A DNA stretch of 64,000 nt from the human T2T-CHM13v2.0 reference genome, Homo sapiens: NCBI RefSeq assembly GCF_009914755.1, contig NC_060926.1; one strand, written 5' to 3'. Within the stretch, counting starts at the first letter, position 1, and each line of letters starts with the position of its first letter. The notes beneath the pieces were generated by a model that did not search any database, was not told where the DNA came from, and worked only from the letters and a program-made list of their open reading frames with translations. Below, one piece after another: positions 46,462 through 59,974 of the stretch. Position numbers and translations under genes: made by a program.

Positions 46462-47884
46462 ATATGTGCCAGATGCAGTGGCTCATGTCTGTAATCCCAG
46501 CACTTTCAGAGGCCAAGGCAGGAGAATCGCTTGAGTTCAGGAATTTGAGACCAGCCTGGGCAGCATGGTGAGTCCCTATCTCTGCAAAAAATACAAAAAT
46601 TAACTGGACGTTATGGAACACACCTGCACTTCCAGCTACTTGGGAAGTTGAGGTGGGAGGATCGATTGAGCACAGGAGGTTGAGGTTGCAGTGAGCCATG
46701 ATTGCACGACTGCACTCAAGCCTGGGTGACAGAGCAAGACTCTGTCTCATAATGAACAAATAAACAAAAAAACAGATACTAGCGAGGCTGTGGAGAAAAG
46801 GGAATGCTCGTACACCGTTGGTGGGAATGTAAATTAGCTCAGCCACTTTGGAAGGCAGTTTGGAGATTTCTCAAAGAAATTAAATCAGAACTACCATTCA
46901 ACCCAGTAATTCCACTATTGGGTATACATCCAAAAGAAAATAAATCATTCTACAAAAAGATACATGCATTCATGTTCATCGCAGCATTATTCACAATAGC
47001 AAAGACATGGAATCAACCCAAGTGTCCATCAGTGGTGGACTGGATAAGGAAAATGTTGTATATATACACCATGGAATAGTATGCAGCCATAAAAAACCCT
47101 GAAATCATGTCCTTCATAGCAACATGCATGTAGGTAGAGGTCATTATCCTAAGCAAATTAACACAGAAACAGAAAACCAAATACTGCATGTTCTCACTTA
47201 CAAGTGGGAGGTAAACACTGGCTACTCAAGGACATAAAGATGGCAACAATAGAAACTGGGGGCTATTACAGCAGGGATGGAGGGGGAAAGGGTTGAAAAA
47301 CTATGTATTGGATGCTATACTCTGTATCTGGGTAACAGGATCTATCATACTCTAAGCCTCAGCCTCATGGAACATATCCAGGTAACAACCCTGCACATAT
47401 ATCCCAGAATCTAAAATAAAAATGGAAATTATAAAAAAAAAAGAAATTAAATTGTGAAGAAGACAAAGTATCAAAAGACCTTTTCTGTTAGAGTCTAACA
47501 ATGTTCAAATTTAGCTTCTTGGAAATAACTTTTAAATAGCTAAGAGCGTCAACAGAAAACTGTGGACTACAGGAAAAGAACTGCTTCATATTTCCCGAAT
47601 CTTCTCAAACTTGGTATCTGCATATCAATGACTTTAGATTTTATTTTTATGTTGCTGTTACTTTTGCTAAGGAAGTATTATGGTATACATAGATACTGTC
47701 TATGCTATTTTAAAAAATATCTAGGAAAATACATTAAGATCTGTTTATTATTACTATTAGTGGTTTCTTGTGTATGTGTTGGTTTGACAAGTAGAGGTTG
47801 TTTTCTAACCAAAAACATAACAGAAAAGATTTAGTACAGGATTACCTGTGCAGACAGCTGGGACAAAGACACAGGGAGACAAAT

Positions 47885-50800
47885 GAAAATTCAAGCTACT
47901 CATGTTTATTAACTGATCTACATTTGACAAAACAAAGATAGGGGCACAAAGAGCTGTTTGACAAAGTCAAATCCCAGGTATCGAACAATAGTATTCCCCT
48001 GGCTGCCCTAGAGGGCACTTGTGCCCACTCTGAGGGGGATGTCCTCTGCCATGCGACCGCTCAGTTATCACACTGCACTGCTGTTGGGTTGCATGTGGAG
48101 TACAGGTCTGCATGCATCTGACATCAGAGAAGTGGCCCACTAAACACTAAGAGCCCTAGTTCTAGATGTCACAAGTTGATGTTAGTAACCACCAAGTACT
48201 AATTCTGTACTAAAATGGTCAGAAAAGATAACAAGCTTTGAGTACTGTGTAAAATTATACCCTTTATAGGGAATAGGCTCTTGTAAGCTGCCTTTTAACT
48301 TATTTCCTCCCTTGCCAAAGTCTATTCATTTATGTCAAATCAAGAACATACAGCACAACATTTTCTAAAAAAGCACTTTAACAATGGTCATTAACTTCTC
48401 CCTAAGGACTCATGCCTAAGGTTATTTACATAAGATTTGGGATCTTCATAATTTAGGAGAACTTTTAATTCTGAGCTCGGGAAGATATTTCTCCTATTAG
48501 ACAATAGGACACTCAGAAATACCTGAGGTATAATCACTGAAAACCTTCTTAAAGGCGAAAAAAAAAAAAGATTGAGGTTTCCTATACTGGCATGAAAGTA
48601 CACATACAATTTTTATCGTAGAAAAGACTAAAATGTGAATAGTGACAAAACATAACAGATAAATTGGGAGGAATCAGCTATTAGGCTCCAATTCTTCTTA
48701 CTATATTTTGCAGACAATTCTAGTATTATAGAGATTATCAGGATATACCAAAAATGATTTTAGGTAGAAACTTCAAAAAACAGCAAAACCCAGTTTTAAG
48801 ACAGGATTCCTTTCTAGAGACATTACACAACAGTATACACTTAAGGTGTTTCTGGTGGAACATCAACATCAATGTACTTAAAAAAAATCTAAGCCTGGTT
48901 CTTTTTGATCAGATATGCTTATTTGGCTGCTAATACACCCCCACCACCCTGCCTCCAAAGTGATCATTTAGTCATTAATTATAAAAAAGTATACAAATTA
49001 TACTCAATACAGAGCACGGCAAGATCTAGTTCAATTTATAGCTTTAAGTAATACACATAAATCGGACAATTTAACGTTGTACTACTCTCTGGCCCTACAG
49101 TTTCCTACTTCCTGATGTTTCCTGGAAACTGTAACTGTCCAGGCAACAGAAACAGTAATTACTTTCTTAGGGAACAAATAAAAAATTTTAAGAATTGACT
49201 AAAGTAAGCACCCCAGAGTCACTTTATGAAATACAAATTCAAATGGTATTTTTTAAAAGTGAATTGGAATATGCGGGAAATTTAAACAGCAGGGATTCTT
49301 CTATTTAATGCCTGCCCCATTCAGGGACACTTATATTCACATATAAACCTGCTGGAATCCTTTCTGAAACTCTACACTCTATTGACCTCAGCACAACTGA
49401 GTGAAGGGGAACGAAAGGGAGAGACCATCTTCACCCTTTGTTTTTGTGGAATTTATTTAGAAAAATTTTATTGAGAGATTCTAAAAAGTATAAGAAACTA
49501 ACAAATTTTTACCACTGCATTCATGTTGGCTTTTTGAGCACATAGCTCTAAGTGGGGGGATGGCGGGGATGCCTCAAAAGGGGAGAGGAAGGACTCTCCT
49601 TGGCCTGGGAATAGGTGTGCCTATGGGAACCATAGGAGCAAGAGTCAAGAGTTCTTCAGAAAACTGCCTTTAAGTCAGGACAAAGGAACAAAACATTTGC
49701 AAATTAAGCACCAAAAAGATCAAGTAATTTACTTGCCATTTTCATAAACAAAATAATTAGTCCCCTCTCTCATCTTTTCTCTATCATGTCTTTTGTATAA
49801 AGACATTTCTTTCTGAACTGCGTGCTGTCTAGACAAAGCCACGTCATCTGATGAGAAGCAGACTTTGCTCAGCAACATTGAGAAAAAACAGATCTACTTC
49901 TTTCCATTTCTTAGCCTGTGTCAACTGCTGAATGCTGAAATCTAACCCCAGAGCCTCACTTTGCCATTTCATACAGTTTGAATAAAAAAAAAGAACCTTA
50001 GAGAAAAAGAAAAAGCTTTGACTCCCCCATTAAAAAGTTTATTCTCTAATTCTATAAATATCAAGAAGGCAGATGTGTTTTATTTTATTTTACATTAGGA
50101 AGAAAAAACCACAATCTCAAAGCAAGCACCCGGGTTTTACTTCAGTTTACAATAATTTAATGTGCCTGAGAATTTTTGTGCAAATACATGTCATCTTTCA
50201 TTAAAAATATGCATAGCGCACTTTGGAAAAAGTTGGTTTAGTTGTCACCAACTTTTCTTACAAAAAAAGTTTACATATATAAATATACAACATTCCCTAA
50301 TTCCTATTGATTGCACTTCTGGCTTAACCCCTTCCAGCCTCCAAGGAATTTTTAAAAACATGCAATTATGTTTGTATTCCTTGGCTACTGTACTTATTCA
50401 GACGAAATATTCTAAAAACAAGTTTTCTTGGTTTCAATTTACTCACATTTTGCCTCTTAAAAGTAAATCCCTCCCACCCTCTACCCAGTTGTTTTTTTTT
50501 TTGGAGGTTGTATAAAAATACAAATTTAAAAAATGAACTTTTATTAATCATAAATACAAAATAATTGAGTGGTATTTGGGCTCCCAGGGGCTCAAAGGCC
50601 TGAAAACAGAAAGGAAAATAGGAGTCTCCACCTGTGATTCAATGAAAAAGATGAAACTCCTAATTTTGCTAATGCTGCGAGCATACCATTTGATGGATAC
50701 ATAATTTAACCAGATATTAACAGGGGAAACATATAAGCCATCTCACTATTGTCTCAGTAATAGACTGAGCTTACCCCACCAACCCCTCAGAACGGCTTTC

Positions 50801-51219
50801 TATAAGCAATAAAACTGCTCCTTTTCTCTTCCCATCCTTCTAACCTGGGTTCTCTCTGCTTTATGCTTACCAGAAGTAAATGTGCCAGCAAGTTCAGTAT
50901 CTCTGTATGTTTTAGTATTACTGAATTTATTTGTATTCACTTTTTATGTTCAAGACAAGAAAACTCAACTGAAGGAGTATATTAAACCTTTCTTTTCTCC
51001 CTCTGAACACTCATGGCCCATTCATTTATACTTTCAATTTGCCCGACTTCCTCCATTAGGGCTCATCCCAATTTTATTTCCATTCCTCCATTCCCCCTTT
51101 CACATTCACAACCCTTGTGCAACATTCCTTTTCTCTCAAGTCAGACCAGACCACATGTTTCAGTGCATATCTATCCTTCATGTGCTAACTTGTATAAGAG
51201 GTCAGTTAACTGCTGAACC
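47885..51219 (-). other. TRAK2: TRAK2 3'UTR (~3.3 kb; 3' end approximate)
   Basis: Repeat-free AT-rich sequence running from the stop codon to AATAAA at 47910-47905. Confidence 0.8.
47905..47910 (-). terminator. Distal TRAK2 polyadenylation signal AATAAA
   Basis: tttatt on the + strand. GU/U-rich downstream element on the - strand (TTTGTCTCCCTGTGTCTTTGT). Confidence 0.75.
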
Positions 51220-51895
51220 TCAGTCCTCCTTCAGGACACCCATTTTGGGTGAGGATGTGCAAACTGGGGCAGCAAAGCTACCCATTATGACTGGAAGACT
51301 CTGATTCCTCCTTAGTCCACCTAATAAACTGCTACCTGAATTTAAATAAACAGCAGAATCTGGTTTTTGAGGACCAATTTCTGCCTCCTGGCATCTTCCA
51401 TTCTCTTGGGCACCAGGGTTCTTGACCACTCTGGCTATCCCCAGTCTCTTCAGCCTGTCCACTAAGTTCATCTTCAACTGGCCAACATCAGGAGGGTTCC
51501 GGGAGGGTCTCAAGCCATACATCTCCTGGAGGAATGTCTCAGCTGGTCGAGAGGCCAAAAAATTTTCAGAGAGATGCACTCGAGGCTCAAAGGGTAAAGG
51601 AGAAGGGCAAGGTGAGTGAGATGGTGAATTTGGTGGTGTGGAAGGGATAGCCAGGGATTTAGGGAGAGGCTGGAGGGGGTTCTCTGAAATTGGGCTGTGG
51701 TACACTTTGGCAGAGATGCCTCGCTCTTGTAGAAGTTTGGCCAAGCTCATGGTGCTACTGAAGGTTGTAGTGGAATCTCGTCGGTTGGTGATGGACTCAC
51801 CAATGCTGAGTCTATAGGACAAGGCAGGAGAATTCACAGCCGTGTTGGATGAACTGCTACCGCTACTTCCACAGGATAATGAAGGGAACCCAGAG
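51220..51895 (-). CDS. TRAK2: TRAK2 terminal coding exon: SGFPSLSCGSSGSSSSNTAVNSPALSYRL...SSPKMGVLKED*
   Basis: 205-aa ORF in the track, extendable to a poly-T AAG acceptor at 51896. Length 676 bp (1+225 codons including TGA). Recognised as the trafficking kinesin protein 2 C-terminus. Confidence 0.96.
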
Positions 51896-53853
51896 CTTAA
51901 AAAAAAGAAAAAAGTGGGAGACAGTGTTTAAGAATAAAAAGCAAGCTCCAAGCTGGCATTTAAAGAAATTATAGTAGTTATCCTTCGTAAATATAAAGTA
52001 ACAGGCAACAAACACATCCGTAACTGTATGCTGTGGAACAGATCTGGGGAATGAAAATTTTGACATGATACTTCAATGATTAATTATTTGTAATTCATAA
52101 CTTAGTAATTAACTTATTAAAAGATATTTCTTTTCAGTGGGATATGAAAGGTATTGCTGTACTCTTAGATAACTTTACTCTTAAATTTTAACTCTAAAAT
52201 GTACATCTGTAGAAATACAGTTAAATTTTATGATAGAAGGCAAAGAAATTTGAAGATTAAGGAAAGTAATTTAGAATGTTTATTCATATATCCATTCCAT
52301 AAAGTGAGATACATTGAGACAATAATCCATGGGTAAACAGTTTACCAACTTTTAAAAAAATACAATCTTTCACAATTAAACATGAAAACTCTTCTGGGAG
52401 AAGTTTCTTTCTTTTTAATCTTTTAATTTTATTTCATTGAGAAATAATAAACTTCTAATTGTTAAATTTCATTTTCTCAAGAAATGTTAATTTCAAACAA
52501 TAATGGTATAAAAATATCCATAGGATGAATTTTTTCTCAACCTTGACCTGAAACATGTGTTTTTAGGAAATTAAAAATAACTAATAGCTTCGACAACTAT
52601 TCAGTAATACTTCTTCAGTATTACTTCAGTATTCAGTAATACTACTGAATATACAGAAGTGAAGGTGAGCTTGTGCAGAGGACTGGCCCTGTAAATCTTG
52701 CAGTTTGGCTAACTCCGGGTATATAGCCCCAGCTGGGTTATTAGTTGTCTGCCCTAGGACCAGTCACCTCAACCTTCCATGCCTCGGTTTACTTTACACA
52801 ATACATACTTGCCTTGCCTACTTTTATAATAATCAAATGAGAAAATTCTTATTCTATGCTTAGTCGAAAAGAAAAACTAACGAATCATGTACTTGAGGAA
52901 ACAGTGATGAAATAGAGATGGTACTTCTTTAGCCAATTTCCCTGCAAAACAAATGTTACCAGTATTTAATAGATCAACTTTCACTTCAACATAAAATACT
53001 CAATATATTAAATATCAAGATATCAAAAATTTTAAAGATTATGAACAAAATGTAAGCTTAAAATTAACAAACTTTCTAAAGCACCAACTTGTATAGGAAC
53101 AGCAAAATTCAAATGAGTTTGACTCCCTGGTCAAACCAGTCCAACTAAAAGCCTCTGATATGGAACAGTCTATATATTGTATCCCAGTCTCTAAATCTCC
53201 CTATTTCTACTAGACTCTAGAACTGCCTGTCCTTACCCAAACTGTACACTTCATATAATGGCATCAACCTCTATTAAGAGTCTCCTCAAGAACCAATTTT
53301 GTAAAACTTGTTATCTTGATGACTATAAGAACAATGTAGAAAAAAATGCAGATTTTTTTTGTTACAGACTTTATTGGGATCTTTAGTGGATATCATCCAA
53401 ATGCTTCCCTAAATAATCCATTTGTTTCTATTTTATAGACATGGTGGATCATAATCTTATTTCCCTCCACACTGGCAGCTAGAAAGTTAAGACTCAAATA
53501 CATGGCTAACCTTAGCAAGCTAACATGGCTAACATAAGACTTTATGGTACAATTTGCACACTAGCTTTATTTTTTTTACCCATTTTATATCCTTACTCTT
53601 GATTCCCCTTTGCAACATCTTTCTTTTCTACTTCTAGTTAACATTATTATTTAATGCACTTAAAGTAATTATAGTAGTTATCTTTGGTAAATATAAAGGA
53701 ACAGGCAACAAACACATCAGTAACTGTACACTGTTACATGTTCTACATATCTTTAAAAGCTACCTTAGATCCTTTTGGGAATTGTTAGGATAGAAATGGC
53801 ATCAATATGGCTTAATAAGGGACTATATATTAGAATATTCAAGTTCTAGCCTA

Positions 53854-54508
53854 TGTAGTAAATAATTTGGCCTTGCCCAGAGAGGTCTGGCCTTTGCCCT
53901 CTGCTCCTTGGAGGCAATCTATGTCACAACTAATAGGAGTGTCTTTGGCTAGAGTGGAGGCTGATCACACTAAATCTTAGGGTGAGCCAGGCCACACCCA
54001 GTAGTCTTAGGGTGAGGAATGGCCATGCCAAAAAGACCAACCACGTGATTTAGGGTAGGGCCTTTGAGTCATGCAGTATCAGTTGGCCAGAAGACTGAGT
54101 TCAACTCTGTTGAACTGAGTTCAATCAATCATACCTACACAATGAAGCCTCAATACAGACTGTAAACACTAATACTTGGGTGAACTTCCCTGGTTGGTAA
54201 TATTCTGTGTGTACTGCCACATATCAATACCAGGAGAGTAATGAATCCTAAGGACACGTGTAGAATTCTCCAAGACTCTGCCCTATGCCTTTCTTCCTTT
54301 GGATAATTTTAACCTGTATTCGTTCCTTGTAATACAGTAGCCACAAGTATAACAACTTGCTGTGAGTTCTGTGAGATCTTCTAGCAAATTGCTGAACCTG
54401 AAAGTGGTTTTGGGAACCCTCTGCACTTGCAGGTGTTGTCAGAAGTGAAGGTGAGCTTGTGCAGAGGACTGGCCCTGTAAATCTTGCAGTTTGGCTAACT
54501 CTGGGTAT
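53854..54508 (+). mobile_element. MER21-family solo LTR
   Basis: tgtag...gagaggtctggcctttgccc...aatcaatcatacctac...gaacttccctggttgg...tcagaagtga motifs. Confidence 0.7.
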
Positions 54509-54785
54509 ATTGCCCCAGCTGCGTTATTTATTAGTTGTCTGCCCTAGGACCAGTCACCTCAACCTTCCATGCCTCAGTTTACTCTACACAATACATACTC
54601 ACTTGCCCTGCCTACTTTTTTAATAATCAAATGAGAAAATGCAATGTGAAAATATTCTAAAGACACATTATCACAGAACATTAATTAACATTCTGGAAAT
54701 TAAAATGAAGGTAATTTTAAAAAGAAATTCATGAAAATACAGCTGAGGAAAGAAGTGAGGCCCCAGATTTCCCAGGCACTCTTAC

Positions 54786-54891
54786 CTGGGGGTAACCTGA
54801 GTGATGTCAGAGGGATGTAATATTCTACAGGTGGTGAAAGTGAATGTTGAGTTTGTGCACGACAGGCACTTTCCTGGGTTGGCGGTTGCAA
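54786..54891 (-). CDS. TRAK2: TRAK2 coding exon: ATANPGKCLSCTNSTFTFTTCRILHPSDITQVTP
   Basis: TTTCAG acceptor and GTAAGA donor. Length 106 bp, in phase. TNSTFTFTTCRILHPS is a conserved TRAK1/2 motif. Confidence 0.95.
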
Positions 54892-55201
54892 CTGAAATAG
54901 ATTTTTAGGGAGCAAATACAAGATTGAAAGACTAGATTAATAATGTAAAAAGCTCATCATTATTTATTAATAATATAGCATTTATCAAGTACCTTTTGTA
55001 TTAAAAATCCCCAAATCTGGAAATGAAATAAATATACATAAAGATTGTACTAGTATCAACTGGTTAGTATATAGGTGAATCCAATACTTTAAAACTGTAA
55101 AGCAAAAGGCATAAACAAAGATTAGAAATGAGAAAACTGAAAAAATACATTAAAAAAATCAAGATCTAGTATCCAAATGATTCAGCCAAATTTATCTACT
55201 C

Positions 55202-56673
55202 TAGTGGTTCTCAAAGTGTGGTCTGCAGACTCTGTGGGAGTCTACATGTCAAAGCTACTTTCATAGTAATGGTAAGACAGAGGCCTTTTCTTTTTGACTG
55301 GGTTGACATTTGCACTGCTGGTGCAAAAGCAATGGAAGGCAAAATTGATGGCTCCTCAGCACAAAACAAGGCAATATCACCAAGTTGTACTAGTCTTCTT
55401 TATTGTTATGCACTTGGTATTTTTTAAAAAGCCATATTCACTTAAGAATGTCCTTGAAGTAGCAGTAAAAATTATCTATTAAATTTTGGATCTTGGCCGT
55501 TGAGTCTTTTTCCTGTTCTGTGTGATGAAAAATGGGAAGGATGTATTAAGCACTCTTGCTGCACACTGAGATACAGTGGTTATCTAGAGGAAAACACTTG
55601 TGCAACTGATTTGAAATTTTCTCATGGAATACCATTTTTACTTGAAAGAACTAACAGACAAACTATAGTAATTCAGACTTGGGTGAAAGACAGACATGTT
55701 AAAAATGAATGAAGTGAGCCTGTCCTTCAAGAAAAACAGCTAACAAAATGTGAGCTTTCAAGAAAAAGTGAGTTTTGGAAAACTCGTATCCACCACTGAA
55801 AGCATGAACATCCTTGAAGACTTTTCTGATGAGTAGGTGGTGATATTAATATGATTTTAATATTTTTACGTAATAAAATGTGCCAATATTTGGAAAATCT
55901 GCATAACTCCATGAACCAATCAACATTTTCTAAATGACCAACGCATGATCTTAAAAATCAAGCATGGCTCAAAGATATATTCAAAATGTAGGATACGACC
56001 AATGCATTTAATTTAATTTTTTTTTTTTTTTAGTAGAGACAGGGTTTCACCATGTTGGCCAGGCTGGTCTCAAACTCCTGACCTCAGGTGACTGCCCACC
56101 TCGATCTCCCAAAGTGCTGGGATTACAGGTGTGAGCTACCACACCCAGCCTGACCAATGCATTTTAATGTTAACAAAGTAATGAAAAGTTCATTGTTAGG
56201 GTTTCAGATCTCACATTGCTACAAACGTTCAAGAAACTACTACTTACCTAGTTTTAGTGTAATATCAAAAAATAGCTACACATATCTGAAAAGACTATTA
56301 AAACACTCTTTCCAACTGCATGTTTGTGCCTGGCTGCATTTCCTTCATATTGTTCAACTGAAACAACATATTGCAATAGACTGAAGGCAGATGCTGATAA
56401 TGAGAATAAAGCTATTTTGTATTAAGTCAAAAATTAGAGACTTGAACAACTGTTTTTCTCACTATGTAAAAAAATTAGCTATTTTTCATTAAACATATTT
56501 GTGTAACACAATTATTTTAAATGAGTTAATACATATTTTTATGGTTTCTCAGTTTTGATTTATGATATATTAAATGTCAATAGATATAACCTGCACAGAT
56601 AGGCTCTCTGGAATTCTCAATGATTTTTTAGAGTATAAAGAGTTTCTGAGCCCAAAAGGTTTGTGAACCACTG
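55202..56673. mobile_element. hAT-Charlie (Charlie1-like) DNA transposon relic
   Basis: Terminal inverted repeats (t)agtggttctcaaa ... tttgtgaaccactg enclosing degenerate Charlie1 internal sequence. Confidence 0.75.
56017..56150 (-). mobile_element. Alu left monomer with poly(A) and TSD
   Basis: Only the left arm is present, flanked by gaccaatgcattt(t)aat on both sides. Confidence 0.85.
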
Positions 56674-56892
56674 ACTTGAATTCATCCAGCTCTCTACCCA
56701 ATCTACTAACGCAGGCTGGCTAAGATAAAGTGGAGAGAATTAGGAATGCCACTAATGCTATAGATTTTCATTATCTGATATGCAAGATTAAGTACCCTCC
56801 AGTGAGCAGAGGTAGCCAGCTGACTGTCTAGTAAGTCAGAATGCAAAGTACTTCTGGTTATTATACCATATTCAACCAGACACTCTTCTCAC

Positions 56893-57159
56893 CTGTAACT
56901 GGTCCACCTGCTGAAGTAATGGGTGGCAGGAAGATCCCTGTTACTGGCTTGGATGTTGAAAGTTTCTCTTCCACTTCAAGAGGTTGCTGAACCTGAAAAG
57001 TAATACCCTCCTCTTCATCCTCTTCTAAATCTGAGATGTGATAAATAGCATCCCCGGGCAACTGGGTAAAGCCTTTAGTAATGACACCTGGTCGTGGATC
57101 AAGGATGGTTCCCAAGTTTGGTTGAGCAAGCTGCTGCCAGTGATACAGAGTTTGTGATC
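56893..57159 (-). CDS. TRAK2: TRAK2 coding exon: SQTLYHWQQLAQPNLGTILDPRPGV...ITSAGGPVT
   Basis: CAG/GTGAGA splice sites. Length 267 bp, in phase. Milton-domain sequence. Confidence 0.96.
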
Positions 57160-58377
57160 CTGAATATGCAAAACAAAGGAAGGGGAAAGGCATGTTTTAC
57201 ATTTCCCACAAATCTTAAAACACAAGCTAAAATTATATGTGTAATAACAATAATGACAGCAATAAAACTATTTATTTGGTGTTAATAATTTGGTAAAAGC
57301 TGCAAATTAAAGTTTTCAGTGGAAGATGACAAGATGTCAAAGGTATGAGTCATAATCTGTTTTAATAGTTAAGGAGGACACCTAAAGGGGTGAAAAAAAA
57401 CCCAAGGAGACACCCTTAATAGGAAAGGAGCTTAGCTGCTGAGGCAGTGATGGAAGATACGTGCCTAAGAGGTGGGCTGTATTTTCCCAGGTGACAAAAA
57501 AGTCAATACTTCTCTGGCCTGGAACTATGCCTATGAAGGTGAAAGTCAAAAGCCAGGCTCCCAGGGAGAATAGGAAAATGAAGAAGATAATGAAAAGGAG
57601 GATATGTTCTACTGGTTCCAGGCTACAGAACCCTGGTGAATGATCATCCCAAGTAATTGCACCAGATGCAATGTCTAATTATGTCACTGTAGTCATTTCA
57701 TCCTAAAAATGGCAACTCCAACAAATATCTGCACTGATCATTAATGAATACAACTAAGTTATAAAATCTTTGAGTTTGAGGGGTCTTTATAAGTTACACA
57801 CTCAAAATTTCATTTAATGCAGAACTCTTTTAGGATAATATCAGAGAATCATTCAATGATTGTCATTGTTCCAGAAAATGAAGGAATTTATTTTGAATTC
57901 AAGCTCTTTCTTAGGAGAGTATAGAAACTAAACTGAAAAAAGGAAAAATACAGGTACACACACACCTCTAAGTCAATTATACTTTTGGGTAAAAAACTCT
58001 TTTGAAAAGGAAGGTGGAGATGAATTATTATCTCTAGATCATTATCATTTATCATATCTTATTCATCTAACCATGGAAACTGCTGTCAATGATATTCCTT
58101 AGCAAAGGACAGAAAAAGATTACTCCTCTTCCCTGCTCACGTTTATATTAAAAAACATCAGAAGAGAACTGCTGGCTGATGATTCAGAGAATGCAACTCT
58201 CTTCATTCATTAATTTTCCACAAAGTACTACAGTCTTGCCACCCAAACAGCAAGATTAAGGGATAAAAAGATCATCTGCACATAATGTTCCTATAATTAA
58301 GACACAAATCTCAATTCCAGGGAAAGGAACTTCCAGTAAGTCACATGGCTTAGTAAGGGCCCTTACTGATTTATTAC

Positions 58378-58676
58378 CTTCAAGGGGCTTGACAATTTGT
58401 AATTTTTCTGGCATAAAACCTCGAAGGCAACTGGCACTGCTGAGGTCTGTGATCTCTGACTGGGTGGTGCAGAGAGAGGCAAGGCTCTCTGTCGGGGTGA
58501 CACAGCCACTAACTCCTTCCTTCTGGTCTGCCAGAACCTGGATCTTCCGCTGCCATTCTTCAGCAAAGAACTGCTTCTCACTTAAATAGTTTTGTCGACG
58601 CAAGCTAAGGCGATGCAGTGCTGTAGCCAAATCACTATCTCCTGAGGGTCCTGGTTGGCCCATCTTCTGGGAGCTC
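58378..58676 (-). CDS. TRAK2: TRAK2 coding exon: SSQKMGQPGPSGDSDLATALHRLSLRRQNYL...MPEKLQIVKPLE
   Basis: TAG/GTAATA splice sites. Length 299 bp, in phase. Contains the Milton-family motif PEKLQIVKPLEG. Confidence 0.96.
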
Positions 58677-59974
58677 CTATAGGAAAATCGCGTTCACTGA
58701 TTAGATCTTGAGGATCATCAGCATGACCCAGACCTCTCCTTTCTATAATGGTAAGCATTCAAGAGACTGATATTAAAAACATGATATTTTCCTAGATACC
58801 TGGAATATAGAAGTAATAACAACAAACCAAAATCACCAACAACACTATATATCATTTTTACAGATCATTGCAAATGACTTGAAAGGCAAGATAATACTTT
58901 ATTGATATTCTGTGTTTTCTGAATTTTCTATTTCATTTAATTTATGAAACTACACATTCAACCATCTATAAATTCATATTAGGTGGTCACAAAAGTAAAT
59001 ATTATATTTTGCTGAATCTGTATCATAGATTGCAAGAGGTACCATTATTTTATGTATCATAAAGAAGGAAAAAAACGCTACGGATTAAACTAAGGCATAC
59101 TATCAGTTACAAAACATAATAATTTAAAAAATATTAAAATATGAAAAAAATTTGCTTTGGGTCACAGAATCACCCATCAACACTGCAGAACATTTAAAAG
59201 GAAACAACAAAATTTGTATATAATACTGCATTTTTATAGTTGTCTGATGCCCATTTTTTGACTTCAACACTTTTGAAACTGGAAGCTATCTTATAATTGA
59301 TATCAAATGGAAGATCAGCAAGCTGAGTTGTGGGTACTCTGGGATACTGGGGTATAAATCCACATAAATGTGTTTCAGATCTTCTCCTAAGATAATTGTG
59401 TAACAGTGAGGCAGTAGGACACAAAGCTGCTGTGGGTGCAGAACACTGCCCAGGACAGACCAGGCAATGCAACTGAAACCTAGTGTGATGAATTTTTATG
59501 TTAGGAAACATTTCCCTTTGGTGCCAAACATCTATCTTGCAAAGCTTTCAGCTCACTTTTCAGTAAAGTTGTTTACCTTCTAGTTATATAGAATTCAATG
59601 TACTGAATTAATAAAAGGAATGAAAAAAAAATCCAAGTTTAAATAAACAGAAAATCGACAGCACCTCCATGGTCCTCAAGATGTATTCAAACTTACATTT
59701 ATCCTAAAAATCACCAAAGCGGTTGAGATTATGAGCACGGATTATGAGAAGGTGTCATCCGATGTATTCATGCTAGTGACCAAACAGATTCAAAAAAATT
59801 TGACTTTGGCATGATCTGTCTCATGAATAATGATACAAGGCATCATAAGTGAAGGAAAACTGACAGTTCCAGAACCTTCTTGGGACAGTAGAGTAATGCT
59901 GGAATGTGCGTATGTGAATCTGGTGCGGCAATGTGAAAAGAAATGCAGAATCACTGTTATCATCGGATTCCTAC

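Noticed and set aside
50882-51619. + strand ORFs overlapping the TRAK2 last exon
   Set aside because: Antisense shadows of the true CDS and UTR with no coding features.
51896-51898. Non-YAG (AAG) acceptor of the TRAK2 terminal exon
   Set aside because: AAG acceptors are an uncommon but normal class. The polypyrimidine tract is strong and the frame is consistent.
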